A stretch of 64,000 nt of DNA from the NCBI GenBank assembly GCA_965213685.1, contig CBDBZY010000031.1:32001-96000 (forward strand), read 5' to 3'. Numbering within the stretch: the first letter of the stretch is position 1; every line of letters begins with the position of its first letter. Under the pieces are notes generated by a model. The model was not told the origin of the DNA and made no database searches. It saw only the letters and a list, made by a program, of their open reading frames with translations. Position numbers and translations under genes: made by a program. Shown here piece after piece: positions 51,686 to 61,309 of the stretch. This DNA comes from a bacterium (GTDB lineage: Bacteria; UBA8248).

Positions 51686-52165
51686 TCAGAAAAATTCGAT
51701 CTTGATGACATCCACGATTTCAAAGTTTCGCACGCCGCCCGGAAGCCGCACCGTCACCTCGTCGCCAGGTGCTTTCCGCATGAGCCCGCGAGAGAGGGGC
51801 GCGCTGAAAGAGATGATTCCGTTGGGCAGGTCGCTCTCCTCCTCGCCCAGGATCTTGTAGGTAATCTCCTCTTCCCTGTCCAGGTCGAAAAGGGTGACCT
51901 GCGTCCCGATGGTGACCCTGTCGCCGGCGATGGGCAGATCCTCTATCACGCTCGCCTCGCGAATCTTGTCCATGATCCGGCTCACCTCGTTCTTCAGGTT
52001 GCCCTGCAGCTCGATGGCCGCCTCCCACTCGGCGTTCTCGCTCAAGTCGCCCAGACTCGCCGCCTTGCCGATCTCCTTCGACACCTCGTGCTTCAGGCGG
52101 TGCTGGATCGCCCCCACCTTCTGTCTCAGGCCCTCCAGACTCGCTTTGGTGATGTAATACGGCAT
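51686..52165 (-). CDS. greA: transcription elongation factor GreA
   Basis: GDLSENAEW, ISFSAPLSRGL. Confidence 0.9.
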   Translation of the reverse strand: MPYYITKASLEGLRQKVGAIQHRLKHEVSKEIGKAASLGDLSENAEWEAAIELQGNLKNEVSRIMDKIREASVIEDLPIAGDRVTIGTQVTLFDLDREEEITYKILGEEESDLPNGIISFSAPLSRGLMRKAPGDEVTVRLPGGVRNFEIVDVIKIEFF

Positions 52166-52209
52166 CTCTTCCTCATTCCGCGGGGGGTGAAATGATCCCA
52201 ACATGCGCC

Positions 52210-53127
52210 TCAGGCGCCCTCCGGTGCTTTCTCCTTCCATCCTTCCCGAAAATCATAGCCCGTCTCCTCCACGAACGCCTCTATCAGGCGCTTCGTGACG
52301 GGCCCCGGAACCCGCGCGCCGGGCCGGAAGCTGTCTATCGCGCGCACCGGCATGGCGCATATCGCGCTCGAGGTGATGAAATACTCGTCCGCCTGCGCCA
52401 AATCGTATGTCGTGATGCCCCTCTCCTCGAGCGGAATCCCCAGGCGCGCGGCCAGCTCGAACACCGCCAGGCGGGTCACTCCCTGCAACACGTTCCTCTC
52501 CGGCGGCGTCCAGAGAACGCCCTCTTTCACCATGAAGAAATTGGCCACCGAGTTTTCCGCCACGTTCCCGTATATGTCGAGCATCAAGGACAAGGAACCG
52601 GACGCCGCCGCGTCCAGCTCCGCGAGAATCTGATTCATCTTGCTCGTCACCTTCGCCCTCGTCTCCACGCACTCGGGCGGGTTGCGCCGCGTGGGCGTGA
52701 TCGCCAGGCGCACGCCGCTTGCGTAGCGCTCCGCGAAAGACGCGACGTCCACCGGCCGCCAGAATATGAACACCGAGGCCGGCCCCGCCGCGCCCGCCGC
52801 CATGGAGGGATCGTCGAGGCCGCGCGTCACCCAGTGGCCCACGCGGTACATGGCGCCCTCCTCGAGGCGGCACAGGTTGGACTCCAGAGTCGCCAGCGTG
52901 GCGCGCCTCATCTCCTCCTTGCCCAGCCCCGCGTCGATGCGGACGTATCTGAGCGACCGGTAGAGCCTGTCGAGATGATCGTCGAGCCGATAGAGCCTTC
53001 CCGCGAAACAGGGCGTGACCTCATACACCCCGTCTCCCCAGAGGAAGCCGCGGTCGAAGGGGGATATGCGGGCACTCCCCTCCTCGATAATCTCGCCGTT
53101 GAGATATACGAAACGATCGCCTGGCAT
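52210..53127 (-). CDS. class IV PLP aminotransferase (D-amino acid/branched-chain type)
   Basis: DRGFLWGDGVYE, HLDRL, AKVTS, LQGVTR, ADEYFITSS. Confidence 0.9.
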   Translation of the reverse strand: MPGDRFVYLNGEIIEEGSARISPFDRGFLWGDGVYEVTPCFAGRLYRLDDHLDRLYRSLRYVRIDAGLGKEEMRRATLATLESNLCRLEEGAMYRVGHWVTRGLDDPSMAAGAAGPASVFIFWRPVDVASFAERYASGVRLAITPTRRNPPECVETRAKVTSKMNQILAELDAAASGSLSLMLDIYGNVAENSVANFFMVKEGVLWTPPERNVLQGVTRLAVFELAARLGIPLEERGITTYDLAQADEYFITSSAICAMPVRAIDSFRPGARVPGPVTKRLIEAFVEETGYDFREGWKEKAPEGA

Positions 53128-53284
53128 CGGGCGCCTCTCCCGTCTGAATCAGCAAAAACGCGGGCGCGAAACAACGGGCGCAGCCGCGCGCGAAAAGGGG
53201 ACGTCGCTCTGCGCACCCCCGCATCTTACAGAGAAACCTTTCCGGAGAAAACGCAAGCTCCCCGCGCCGCAAGAAGGCGCCCGC

Positions 53285-54883
53285 TCAGCTCCTCTCCCCC
53301 CAGCCGCCGCCGCCCGGCGTCTCGAGGCGTATCCTGTCCCCGCATCTCGCCGAGAAGCGGGCCTTGCCGGAGAGCCGCCGGGTCTTGCGTCCGCTGATGA
53401 ACGAATTCCGGCCCCGCTTGCCCGGCTCCCCGCCCGCGAGGGGCCAGGGCGCCCTCTCGCGCCTCTCCGTCATGAACGAGACGGTGGCGTCGCCGAGCAG
53501 CTCGATCTCCCGAACGATGCCCTCGCCCCCGCGGTGCCTCCCCCGGCCGCCGCTGCCGCGGCGAACGGCGTAGCGGCTCACCCGAAACGGATAGGCGTGC
53601 TCGAGGGCCTCGATGGGCGTGTTCAGGGTGTTGGTCAGGTGGGTGTGAATCGCATCCTCCCCCGGCCCCCACGGCCCCGCGCCCATGCCGCCGCCCGTGG
53701 TCTCGTAATAGGCGTACGGGCGGCCCTGCCTGGGGCCGGGGCGATGGTCCGCCCCCCCTATCGTGAGGTTGTTCATCGTGCCGCAGGAGGCGGCGGGCAT
53801 CTTCTCCGGGCAGGCCTTTGCGAGCGCGCCGAGTATCGCGTCCACCATGCGCTGGCTCGTCTCGACGTTTCCGCCCGCGACGGCGGCGGGAAACTCCGCG
53901 TTCACCACCGTGCCCGCCGGCGCGATTACCTCGATGGGATTCATGCACCCCGAATTGTTCGGGATATCGTATGGCACCAGACAGCGGACGGCGTAGTACG
54001 CCGCCGTGCGGGCGATGGACTCCACCGCGTTGACGCTGCCCCGCGTCTGCGGGGCGGAGCCCGTGTAGTCCACGCGCATCCTGGGGCCGCGTATGGCGAT
54101 CTCCACCCGTATCGGCACGGGGCCGCTGCCGAAGCCGTCGTCATCCATGAAATCCTCGAAGCAATACCGCCCGTCCGGGATGTCCCGAATCACCGCTCTC
54201 GTCAGGCGCTCGGCATACCTTTGCAGCTCCGCGCCGTAGCGCAGCGTCTCGGCGAGGCCGTGGCGTTCGACGATCTCCAGAATCCTCCGCTCCCCCACGC
54301 GGTTCGCCGCGATTTGCGCGGCGATGTCCCCCCTCCGCTCCTCCGCCGTGCGCACGTTGGCGAGGATGAGGGACAAAACGTCCTCCTGCACCTCCCCCCG
54401 GCGCAGAAGTTTCACCGGCGGAATCACCACGCCGTCCTGAAATATCTCCGTCGTGATGCTCATCGAGCCGGGGGCGATGCCGCCCACGTCCGCATGATGC
54501 GCCCGGTTGGCGACGTAATAGATCAGCGCGTCCTCCCCTCCCTCCCCGGCGTATACGGGCGAGATCATCGTGATGTCGGGCAGGTGATTCCCCCCGTGGA
54601 ACGGGTCGTTCAGCACGACCACGTCGCCCGGCTCGAGCGTCATGCGCTCGATGACGTATTCCACGGACATCGGCATGGACCCCAGATGCGCGGGCAGGTG
54701 CGCCGCCTGGGCCGCCATCTGCCCCTTCGCGTCGAAGATGGCGCACGAGTAGTCTTTTCTCTCCTTGATGTTCGGGGAGAAGGAAGAGCGGCACAGCGCC
54801 ACGCCCATCTCCTCGGAGGCCGCGAACAGCAGGTTGCGAAAAACCTCCAGGAGCACCGGATCGTAGGAGGGCTTTTGGGCCAT
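53285..54883 (-). CDS. hydantoinase B/oxoprolinase family subunit
   Basis: SPNIKERKDYSCA, PAHLGSM, NDPFHGGNHLPD, HHADVGG, TPGGGGWG. Confidence 0.92.
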   Translation of the reverse strand: MAQKPSYDPVLLEVFRNLLFAASEEMGVALCRSSFSPNIKERKDYSCAIFDAKGQMAAQAAHLPAHLGSMPMSVEYVIERMTLEPGDVVVLNDPFHGGNHLPDITMISPVYAGEGGEDALIYYVANRAHHADVGGIAPGSMSITTEIFQDGVVIPPVKLLRRGEVQEDVLSLILANVRTAEERRGDIAAQIAANRVGERRILEIVERHGLAETLRYGAELQRYAERLTRAVIRDIPDGRYCFEDFMDDDGFGSGPVPIRVEIAIRGPRMRVDYTGSAPQTRGSVNAVESIARTAAYYAVRCLVPYDIPNNSGCMNPIEVIAPAGTVVNAEFPAAVAGGNVETSQRMVDAILGALAKACPEKMPAASCGTMNNLTIGGADHRPGPRQGRPYAYYETTGGGMGAGPWGPGEDAIHTHLTNTLNTPIEALEHAYPFRVSRYAVRRGSGGRGRHRGGEGIVREIELLGDATVSFMTERRERAPWPLAGGEPGKRGRNSFISGRKTRRLSGKARFSARCGDRIRLETPGGGGWGERS

Positions 54884-54894
54884 CGCGGACCCCC

Positions 54895-56916
54895 TCACCC
54901 GAGGTTCTTCAAGATGAGATTGCCCCAGTCGTCCACCCGGCACTCCCAGCCCGGGGAGACGACCGTCGTGGCGCTGAACTCGCACGCCAGCGCCGGGCCC
55001 AGGAGGCGGTGGCCGGGAGAGAGCGCCTCCCGCGCATACACGAGGCCCTCGACTTCTCTCCCCCGAAAAACCATGCGCTGCTTTCCTGAGAGGGCGCGAG
55101 AAACGCTTTCCTGACCACCGGGGAGCCGCCTCATCGGCAGGCGCTCCACCTCCCCGACTGCGCGCACCCTGAGCGTCACGATCTCGACGGGGCTATCGGG
55201 GCTGGCGGTGCCGAACCGCTCATCGTGCAACCTGTCGAACGCCTCCCGCAGGCTCTGGCGAACGTCGGCGCCCGCCTCCTCGGGCCGATAGGGAAGCGTC
55301 AACTCGTAGGATTGCCCGAGATAGCGCATATCGATGAAGAACGAAAAGGAGGGGCGGCGAAAACCCTCGCGCCGCAACTCCTCGCGTCCCTGGCGCCGCA
55401 AGGGGGCGAAACGCCGCGCGAGGGATTTCTTGCTCACCTCGCCGAGCGGCAGCAGCACCGTTCTCGCGTAGTCTTTCACCACGTCCGCCGTCAGCATCCC
55501 CCGGGCGGAGAGAATCCCCGGGGCGTTGGGCACGACGACGTGCGGAATCCCGAGTATCTCCGCCAAGGAGCAGGCGTGCATCGCGCCCGCACCCCCGAAG
55601 GAGATCAGGGCGAACTCGCGCGGGTCGTGCCCCCGCTCCACGCTGATCAGGCGAATCGCGCGGGCCATGTGCTGGTTCGCCACGCGGACGACGCCCTCCG
55701 CCGCCTGCCGGGCGTCAAGGCGCAGGGACTTCGCGAGGCGCGCGACGCCGGCCTTCACCGACCGCGCGTCGAGGCGCATCCTCCCGCCCAGGAATTGCGC
55801 GGGATCGAGGCGGCCGAGAAAGAGGTTCGCATCCGTCACGGTAACCGCGCTTCCCTTGCCGTAGCATATGGGGCCCGGGTCCGCGCCCGCACTCTCCGGG
55901 CCGACGGCCAGCGCACCGCCCGGATCCACCCGGGCGATGGAGCCGCCTCCCGCACCCACCGTGTGGATGTCGATGAGGGGAGTCCGAATCGGACAGCCGG
56001 CCACCTCCGTCTCCGAGGTGAAGCCGATGCCGCCATGCAGCAGGGACACGTCCGTGCTCGTTCCCCCCATGTCGAACGCGATCGCATTTTCAAACCCCGT
56101 CCTGCGCGCCACCTCACAGGCGCCCACGACGCCGCCTGCGGGGCCGGACAAAATCGTTCGCACGGCCTCCTCGCCCGCCGTCCCGCTCGAGATGACGCCG
56201 CCGTTGCTCTGCATGACCCGCAGGCGCCCGGAATCGAGACGCGCCTCCAGCCCCTTCAGGTATCCGCGCATCATCGGGGACACGTAGGCGTTCACGCACG
56301 TGGTGCTCGTCCGCTCGTATTCCCTGAACTCGGGAAGCACGCGGCTGGACATCGACACGTGAACGCCGCCTTGCCCGACGGCCTCCGCCACGGCCTCCTC
56401 GTGAGAGGGGTTGGCGTAGGAGTGGAGCAGACAGATGGCGACGGACTCGACGCCCGCCCTCTCGAGCCTTTGCCTGAGCTTCTCCAGGGACGCGCGATCG
56501 AGGGGGAGTATCTCGCCGCCCCTCTCGTCTAGGCGCTCCGCCACGCCCATCCGAAGGCTCCTCGGCACCAGGGCGGATGGCCTGCGATACGCCAGATTGT
56601 ACAGCTCCTTGCGGTTCTGGCGGCCAATCTCTATCACGTCCTCAAAGCCGGCGGTCGTCACGAGGGCGGTTTTCGCCCCCCGGCGGGTGAGCAGGGCGTT
56701 CGTCGCCACGGTGGAGCCGTGGGTGACGTCCAGGAGGGCGCAGCCGTCCTCCAGAATCTCGTCCAGCCCCCGGAGGATGGCGCGCTCGGGCGCGTCGGGC
56801 GTGGAGAGCACCTTGTGGACCCGGACCCGAACGCCATCAAACGAGATGAAGTCGGTGAACGTCCCGCCGGTGTCCACGCCGACGCGAAGCGTATTCCCCT
56901 CCCGCCCGGGCATCAT
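54895..56916 (-). CDS. hydantoinase A/oxoprolinase family subunit
   Basis: GVDTGGTFTD, HGSTVATN, SGPAGG, DMGGTSTD, GAGGGS. Confidence 0.92.
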   Translation of the reverse strand: MMPGREGNTLRVGVDTGGTFTDFISFDGVRVRVHKVLSTPDAPERAILRGLDEILEDGCALLDVTHGSTVATNALLTRRGAKTALVTTAGFEDVIEIGRQNRKELYNLAYRRPSALVPRSLRMGVAERLDERGGEILPLDRASLEKLRQRLERAGVESVAICLLHSYANPSHEEAVAEAVGQGGVHVSMSSRVLPEFREYERTSTTCVNAYVSPMMRGYLKGLEARLDSGRLRVMQSNGGVISSGTAGEEAVRTILSGPAGGVVGACEVARRTGFENAIAFDMGGTSTDVSLLHGGIGFTSETEVAGCPIRTPLIDIHTVGAGGGSIARVDPGGALAVGPESAGADPGPICYGKGSAVTVTDANLFLGRLDPAQFLGGRMRLDARSVKAGVARLAKSLRLDARQAAEGVVRVANQHMARAIRLISVERGHDPREFALISFGGAGAMHACSLAEILGIPHVVVPNAPGILSARGMLTADVVKDYARTVLLPLGEVSKKSLARRFAPLRRQGREELRREGFRRPSFSFFIDMRYLGQSYELTLPYRPEEAGADVRQSLREAFDRLHDERFGTASPDSPVEIVTLRVRAVGEVERLPMRRLPGGQESVSRALSGKQRMVFRGREVEGLVYAREALSPGHRLLGPALACEFSATTVVSPGWECRVDDWGNLILKNLG

Positions 56917-57923
56917 CTCCTCCTGTTCGCCCAGGCTTCGGGGTTCAGCAGATCGGGAGGGCGCCTGCCGCGCAGGTAGGTTTTCACGTTTCGCACCACG
57001 CGCGCCGAGACGGCCTGGCGCCCCCGATCGGTGTTCGTCCCCAGGTGGGGCATCATGACGACGTTCCGCATCCGCAGGAGTTCCGGGCGCGGGTTCGGCT
57101 CGCGCTCGAAGACGTCCAGCCCCGCTCCGCCGAGACGCCCTGCGCGCAACGCCTCGACGAGGGCCTCCTCATCCAGAACGGCGCCCCGGGCGGTATTGAT
57201 GAGCACCGCCCCCTTTTTCATGCGGGCGAACTGCTCCGCACCGAGGAGGTGATGCGTGGCGTCGCTCAGGGGCACATGCACGCTCAGGAAATCCGCCTCC
57301 CCCAGAAGCCTGCGAAAAGAGCGATACGAGACGCCCAGCTCCCTCTCCTCCCTCGGGCTTTTCCTGTTTCGGCTCCAGTAGCGGACCCGCATGCCGAACG
57401 CGCCCGCCATGCGCGCCACGGCGCAGCCGATGCGGCCCAGGCCGACGACCCCCAGCACCCTTCCCTCCAGGCCCAGGCCCTCGAACAGCGTGGGCGTCCA
57501 GCCCTTCCACCTCCCCGCCCGGACGTATCCGTCCGCCTCCACCACGCGCCTGCTCACCGCCAGCAGGAGCGCCATGGCGCATTCGGCGGTGGGCGCCGTA
57601 ACGACGCCGGGCGTGTTCGTGGCGAGGATGCCGCGCCTCGTCGCCTCCGCCATGTCGATGTTGTTGAAGCCGACTCCGCAGTTGGCGATCAGCCGGAGGC
57701 GCGGCGCCTCCGCCAGCAAATCCGCCCCGACGCCGTCTCCCACCATCGAGATGAGGACGTTCGCATGGCGCAACGCCCGCCCGTAGGCGTCCGGGGACGG
57801 ACGCGCTTCCTCCTCGTGCATGACCAGCTCGCTGCACTGGCGCAACTCTTCAAAATGGCCGGGGGGAAACCTCCGGGAGAGGAACACGCGCGGGAGGAGG
57901 CCGGGGGACGCCGCGCCGCTCAT
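56913..57923 (-). CDS. D-glycerate/glyoxylate reductase (D-2-hydroxyacid dehydrogenase)
   Basis: VGFNNID, TNTPG, GLGRIG, INTARG, GLDVFERE, PHLG. Confidence 0.9.
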   Translation of the reverse strand: MSGAASPGLLPRVFLSRRFPPGHFEELRQCSELVMHEEEARPSPDAYGRALRHANVLISMVGDGVGADLLAEAPRLRLIANCGVGFNNIDMAEATRRGILATNTPGVVTAPTAECAMALLLAVSRRVVEADGYVRAGRWKGWTPTLFEGLGLEGRVLGVVGLGRIGCAVARMAGAFGMRVRYWSRNRKSPREERELGVSYRSFRRLLGEADFLSVHVPLSDATHHLLGAEQFARMKKGAVLINTARGAVLDEEALVEALRAGRLGGAGLDVFEREPNPRPELLRMRNVVMMPHLGTNTDRGRQAVSARVVRNVKTYLRGRRPPDLLNPEAWANRRR

Positions 57924-59089
57924 GGTCCCAGCTGCTTCACGGCCTGTGCGATGCGGTCGACCGCCCGCTCGAGATTCTCCACGCTGTTGGCGAAGCACAT
58001 GCGCAGGTGGCCTTCCGCATGGACGCCGAAGGCGGAGCCGGGCAGAGTCGCCACGCCCGCCTCGTCGAGAAGATAGTCGGCGAAATCATTCGCGCTCATG
58101 GGAATCCGGCTCACGTTGGGAAACGCGTAGAAAGCACCGGCGGGGTATCGGCAGGATATTCCCTCCACCTCGTTGAGGCCCGCGATGAATATATCCCGAC
58201 GACGCCGGAAATCATCCATCATGGCGCGGCTTTCGGACTGATCCTCCAAAAGCCCCCGCGCACCTGCCAGCTGGATGAAGGGGGGCACGCAGCTCACCGA
58301 GTTCGTGATGAGCTGGGCGAGCGGTGCGGCGAGGGCGGCGGGAGCGGCGACGAAGCCCAGCCGCCAGCCCGTCATGGCGTATGTTTTCGAGAACGTCTCG
58401 AGCAGGATCGTCCGCTCCCGCATGCCGGGCAGCGTGCCCAGGGAGGTGTGCTCCCCCTCGAAAAGCATGTGGGCATACACCTCGTCCGACAAGACGATGA
58501 GGTCGTTTTCCACCGCGATGGCGGCAATCGCCTCCAGCTCGTTTCTCGTCAACGTCCCGCCGGTGGGGTTGTGCGGATAATTCAGGATGAGGAGGCGGGT
58601 GTTCTCGGTGACGCGCGCGCGCAGATCCTCCGGTGCGAACCGAAAGTCGTTCTCCTCCAGTATCGGCAGCGGTACGGGCCGCGCACCCGCATAGAGCGTC
58701 ACGGACTCATAGACCGGAAAACCCGGGTCCGGGTAAATCACCTCATCGCCCGGCCCGGCCGTGGCCATGATGGCGTAGTACAAAAACGGCTTTCCGCCCG
58801 GGCCGACGACGATCTCCTCCGGCGAATAATTCCCGCGCCCGTCGCGCGCGAGCCACGCGCAGGCGGCTTCCCTGAGCACCGGCAAGCCGGCGGACGGGCA
58901 ATAGTGCGTCTGGCCCGACTTCAGCTGCGCGTACGCCTCCTCCACGATGCTCGAAGGCGTGTCAAAATCGGTATCGCCGATTTCCAGGTGGATGATGTCC
59001 CGGCCCCGACGCTCCATCTCGTTCGCCCGGGCCAGAACCACGAACGAACTTTCGGTCTTGAGCAATTTCATGCGATCGGCCAGGCGCAT
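57920..59089 (-). CDS. class I/II PLP aminotransferase (aspartate aminotransferase-like)
   Basis: NYPHNPTG, SDEVY, FSKTYAMTGWRLG. Confidence 0.92.
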   Translation of the reverse strand: MRLADRMKLLKTESSFVVLARANEMERRGRDIIHLEIGDTDFDTPSSIVEEAYAQLKSGQTHYCPSAGLPVLREAACAWLARDGRGNYSPEEIVVGPGGKPFLYYAIMATAGPGDEVIYPDPGFPVYESVTLYAGARPVPLPILEENDFRFAPEDLRARVTENTRLLILNYPHNPTGGTLTRNELEAIAAIAVENDLIVLSDEVYAHMLFEGEHTSLGTLPGMRERTILLETFSKTYAMTGWRLGFVAAPAALAAPLAQLITNSVSCVPPFIQLAGARGLLEDQSESRAMMDDFRRRRDIFIAGLNEVEGISCRYPAGAFYAFPNVSRIPMSANDFADYLLDEAGVATLPGSAFGVHAEGHLRMCFANSVENLERAVDRIAQAVKQLGP

Positions 59090-59107
59090 TCGACATCCTC
59101 GTTTTTT

Positions 59108-59713
59108 TCAGGTCACCGGGCGGGAGGCGCCCTCTTCGAGAACACCACACCTCATCAACATATTCAACGCTTCGGGTATCGGCAGGCCCACGACGTTGGT
59201 ATAGCTCCCCTCCACCCTGTCCACCAGGCTCCCCCCGAGACCCTGGATGGCGTACGCCCCCGCCTTGCCCATCGGCTCGCCGCTCCCCACGTAGCGCCGG
59301 GCGGTCGCCTCGTCCACCTCCCGAAAGCGCACCCTGGTGGTCACCGCCCCCTCGCGCCGAAAGTCCGCTCCGAGGAGCGCGAACGCGGTGATCACCCGGT
59401 GGGTTCGCCCCGAAAGCGTCATCAGCATGTCCAGGGCCTCCTCCCCGCCGGACGGCTTTCCGAGGATTCTCCCGTCGAGTGCCACCACGGTGTCGGCGGC
59501 GAGCACGAACGCGCCCGGGGACCTCCCCGCCACGAAATCCGCCTTGGCGCGCGCGCGGCGCCGGGCCTCGGCTTCGGCCCCGAGACCCGGCGCAACGCCT
59601 TCCTCCACCCCCGGAGGCGGCCGGACGACGTCGAACGCAAGGCCCGCATCCTCGAGAAGCCGCTTTCTGCGCGGGGAGCCTGAAGCCAGGATAAAGTGCT
59701 GAACCTGCCGCAA
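59108..59713 (-). CDS. maf: Maf family nucleoside triphosphate pyrophosphatase
   Basis: ILASGSPRR, AADTVV, GKAGAYAIQG, NVVGLP. Confidence 0.92.
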   Translation of the reverse strand: MRQVQHFILASGSPRRKRLLEDAGLAFDVVRPPPGVEEGVAPGLGAEAEARRRARAKADFVAGRSPGAFVLAADTVVALDGRILGKPSGGEEALDMLMTLSGRTHRVITAFALLGADFRREGAVTTRVRFREVDEATARRYVGSGEPMGKAGAYAIQGLGGSLVDRVEGSYTNVVGLPIPEALNMLMRCGVLEEGASRPVT

Positions 59714-59734
59714 AATCAGACCGAAGGGGGGCTG

Positions 59735-60712
59735 CTAGCTGTCCCGATCCACAACGTAGTCGGCCATGGCGCGCAGCGCGTCGACATGGGGGGAGTCGGG
59801 CAAGACGGTGAGGGCCGCCTTTCCCGCCTCCACGTATCCCCGGGCCCTGTCGAGGGTGTAGTCCACCGCCCGGTATTTGTTCATCAGCCCGAGAATGTAT
59901 TCCATATCCTCCGGGCGAATCTCCCCCGCGTGAACGACGAGGTGATTCAGCCTCTCCAGCTCCGAGTCCGCCGCTTGGGCGCAAACCTTCAGCAGGGGCA
60001 GCGTGACGTTCCCCTCCTGCAAATCCCCGCCCACGGATTTCCCCGTTCTCTGCGCGTCTCCCATGTAGTCGAGGGCGTCGTCGACGAGCTGAAAGGCGTA
60101 TCCGATCTGGACGCCAAACTGGTGGAGCGCGTCCACGAATATGGGCGGGCTGTCGGGTATCAAGGCGCCCACCCGGCAACTCGCGGCGATGAGCGTCGCC
60201 GTCTTCCGATAGACGACGTCCAGATACTCCTCCTCCTTCAGCTGGAGGTTGTACATGTTCACCAGCTGAAGCACCTCGCCTTCGGAGAGGAGGTTGCAGG
60301 CCTCGCTCATGGTTTTCATGATCCGGCCGTCGGCGTCGGACGCCATGAGCGAAAAACTCCTGGCGAACAGAAAATCCCCCACCAGGACGCTCGCCTCGTT
60401 GCTCCACTTGAAGTTGGCGGACGGGTTGCCCCGCCGCATCTTCGCCTCATCCACCACGTCATCATGAAGCAGCGTGGCCGTATGGATGTACTCCACCACG
60501 CACCCCATCGTCGTGGCGCGCGCACCCTCGTAGCCGCAGGCCTTGGCGGCAAGCAGCAGGAGCACCGGCCGAAGCCTCTTGCCCCCCGATCCGATGAGGT
60601 ACCCGCTCACATCAGGGATCAAGACGACGTCCGAATGAAAATTCGACTGAATCGCCTCCTCCACATCGTCGAGTTCAGAGGCGATGGAATCCACAATTTC
60701 AGAAAATTTCAT
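59735..60712 (-). CDS. ispB: long-chain (octaprenyl-type) polyprenyl diphosphate synthase
   Basis: GGKRLRP, HTATLLHDDVVD, FQLVDDALD, DLQEG. Confidence 0.88.
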   Translation of the reverse strand: MKFSEIVDSIASELDDVEEAIQSNFHSDVVLIPDVSGYLIGSGGKRLRPVLLLLAAKACGYEGARATTMGCVVEYIHTATLLHDDVVDEAKMRRGNPSANFKWSNEASVLVGDFLFARSFSLMASDADGRIMKTMSEACNLLSEGEVLQLVNMYNLQLKEEEYLDVVYRKTATLIAASCRVGALIPDSPPIFVDALHQFGVQIGYAFQLVDDALDYMGDAQRTGKSVGGDLQEGNVTLPLLKVCAQAADSELERLNHLVVHAGEIRPEDMEYILGLMNKYRAVDYTLDRARGYVEAGKAALTVLPDSPHVDALRAMADYVVDRDS

Positions 60713-60810
60713 TCCACCCCCGACACACGGGCAAAACGATGCAAATGAAAAGCCTCATTCCCATTCTGCGGGCCCATTTTGCGGCCATCTCCCCCCATCA
60801 AGCGCAGGAC

Positions 60811-60839
60811 AATCTATGGGGCGCGCGCAGGGCTGTCAA
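60811..60839 (-). promoter_or_regulatory. sigma70-type promoter for the ispB-maf operon (TTGACA-17-TAGATT)
   Basis: -35 60834-60839, -10 60811-60816. Confidence 0.65.
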
Positions 60840-60931
60840 GGGATTCCGGCCTCTCTTTCCCTCCAGGCACAGCTCGGCTATGTTGCCAGAGGCGGGACAC
60901 AACCATCAAACCACCCGGGAGAACCCTGATT

Positions 60932-61309
60932 GTGGGCAGGAAAATCCGGATCGCAGTCGGCGGCCTGAAGATGAAAGCAGAACTCGGGGAGGGCGAAACC
61001 GCGAACCTCCTGTGGGAGGCTTTGCCGATCCACGGCGCGGCGAACGTCTGGGGCGAGGAAATATATTTCCCGATTCCCGTGGAGGCGGGGGCGGAGGATT
61101 CCGCGCGGGAGGAGATGGAGGCCGGCAAGATCGCCTACTGGCCGCCGGGCCGCGCATTTTGCATCTTCTTTGGCCGCACCCCGGCGAGCGTGGACGACGC
61201 CCCCCGCGCGGCCAGCCCCGTGAACCCGCTGGGGCGGGTGGACGGCGACCCCGGGGATTTCCTGGCCATCCGCCCGGGGGAGGAGGTGCGCCTGGAAAGA
61301 GCCCCATGA
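60932..61309 (+). CDS. cyclophilin-like fold protein (DUF369/TM1367-like)
   Basis: WGEEIYF, IAYWPPGRAFCIFFGRTP. Confidence 0.85.
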   Translation: MGRKIRIAVGGLKMKAELGEGETANLLWEALPIHGAANVWGEEIYFPIPVEAGAEDSAREEMEAGKIAYWPPGRAFCIFFGRTPASVDDAPRAASPVNPLGRVDGDPGDFLAIRPGEEVRLERAP

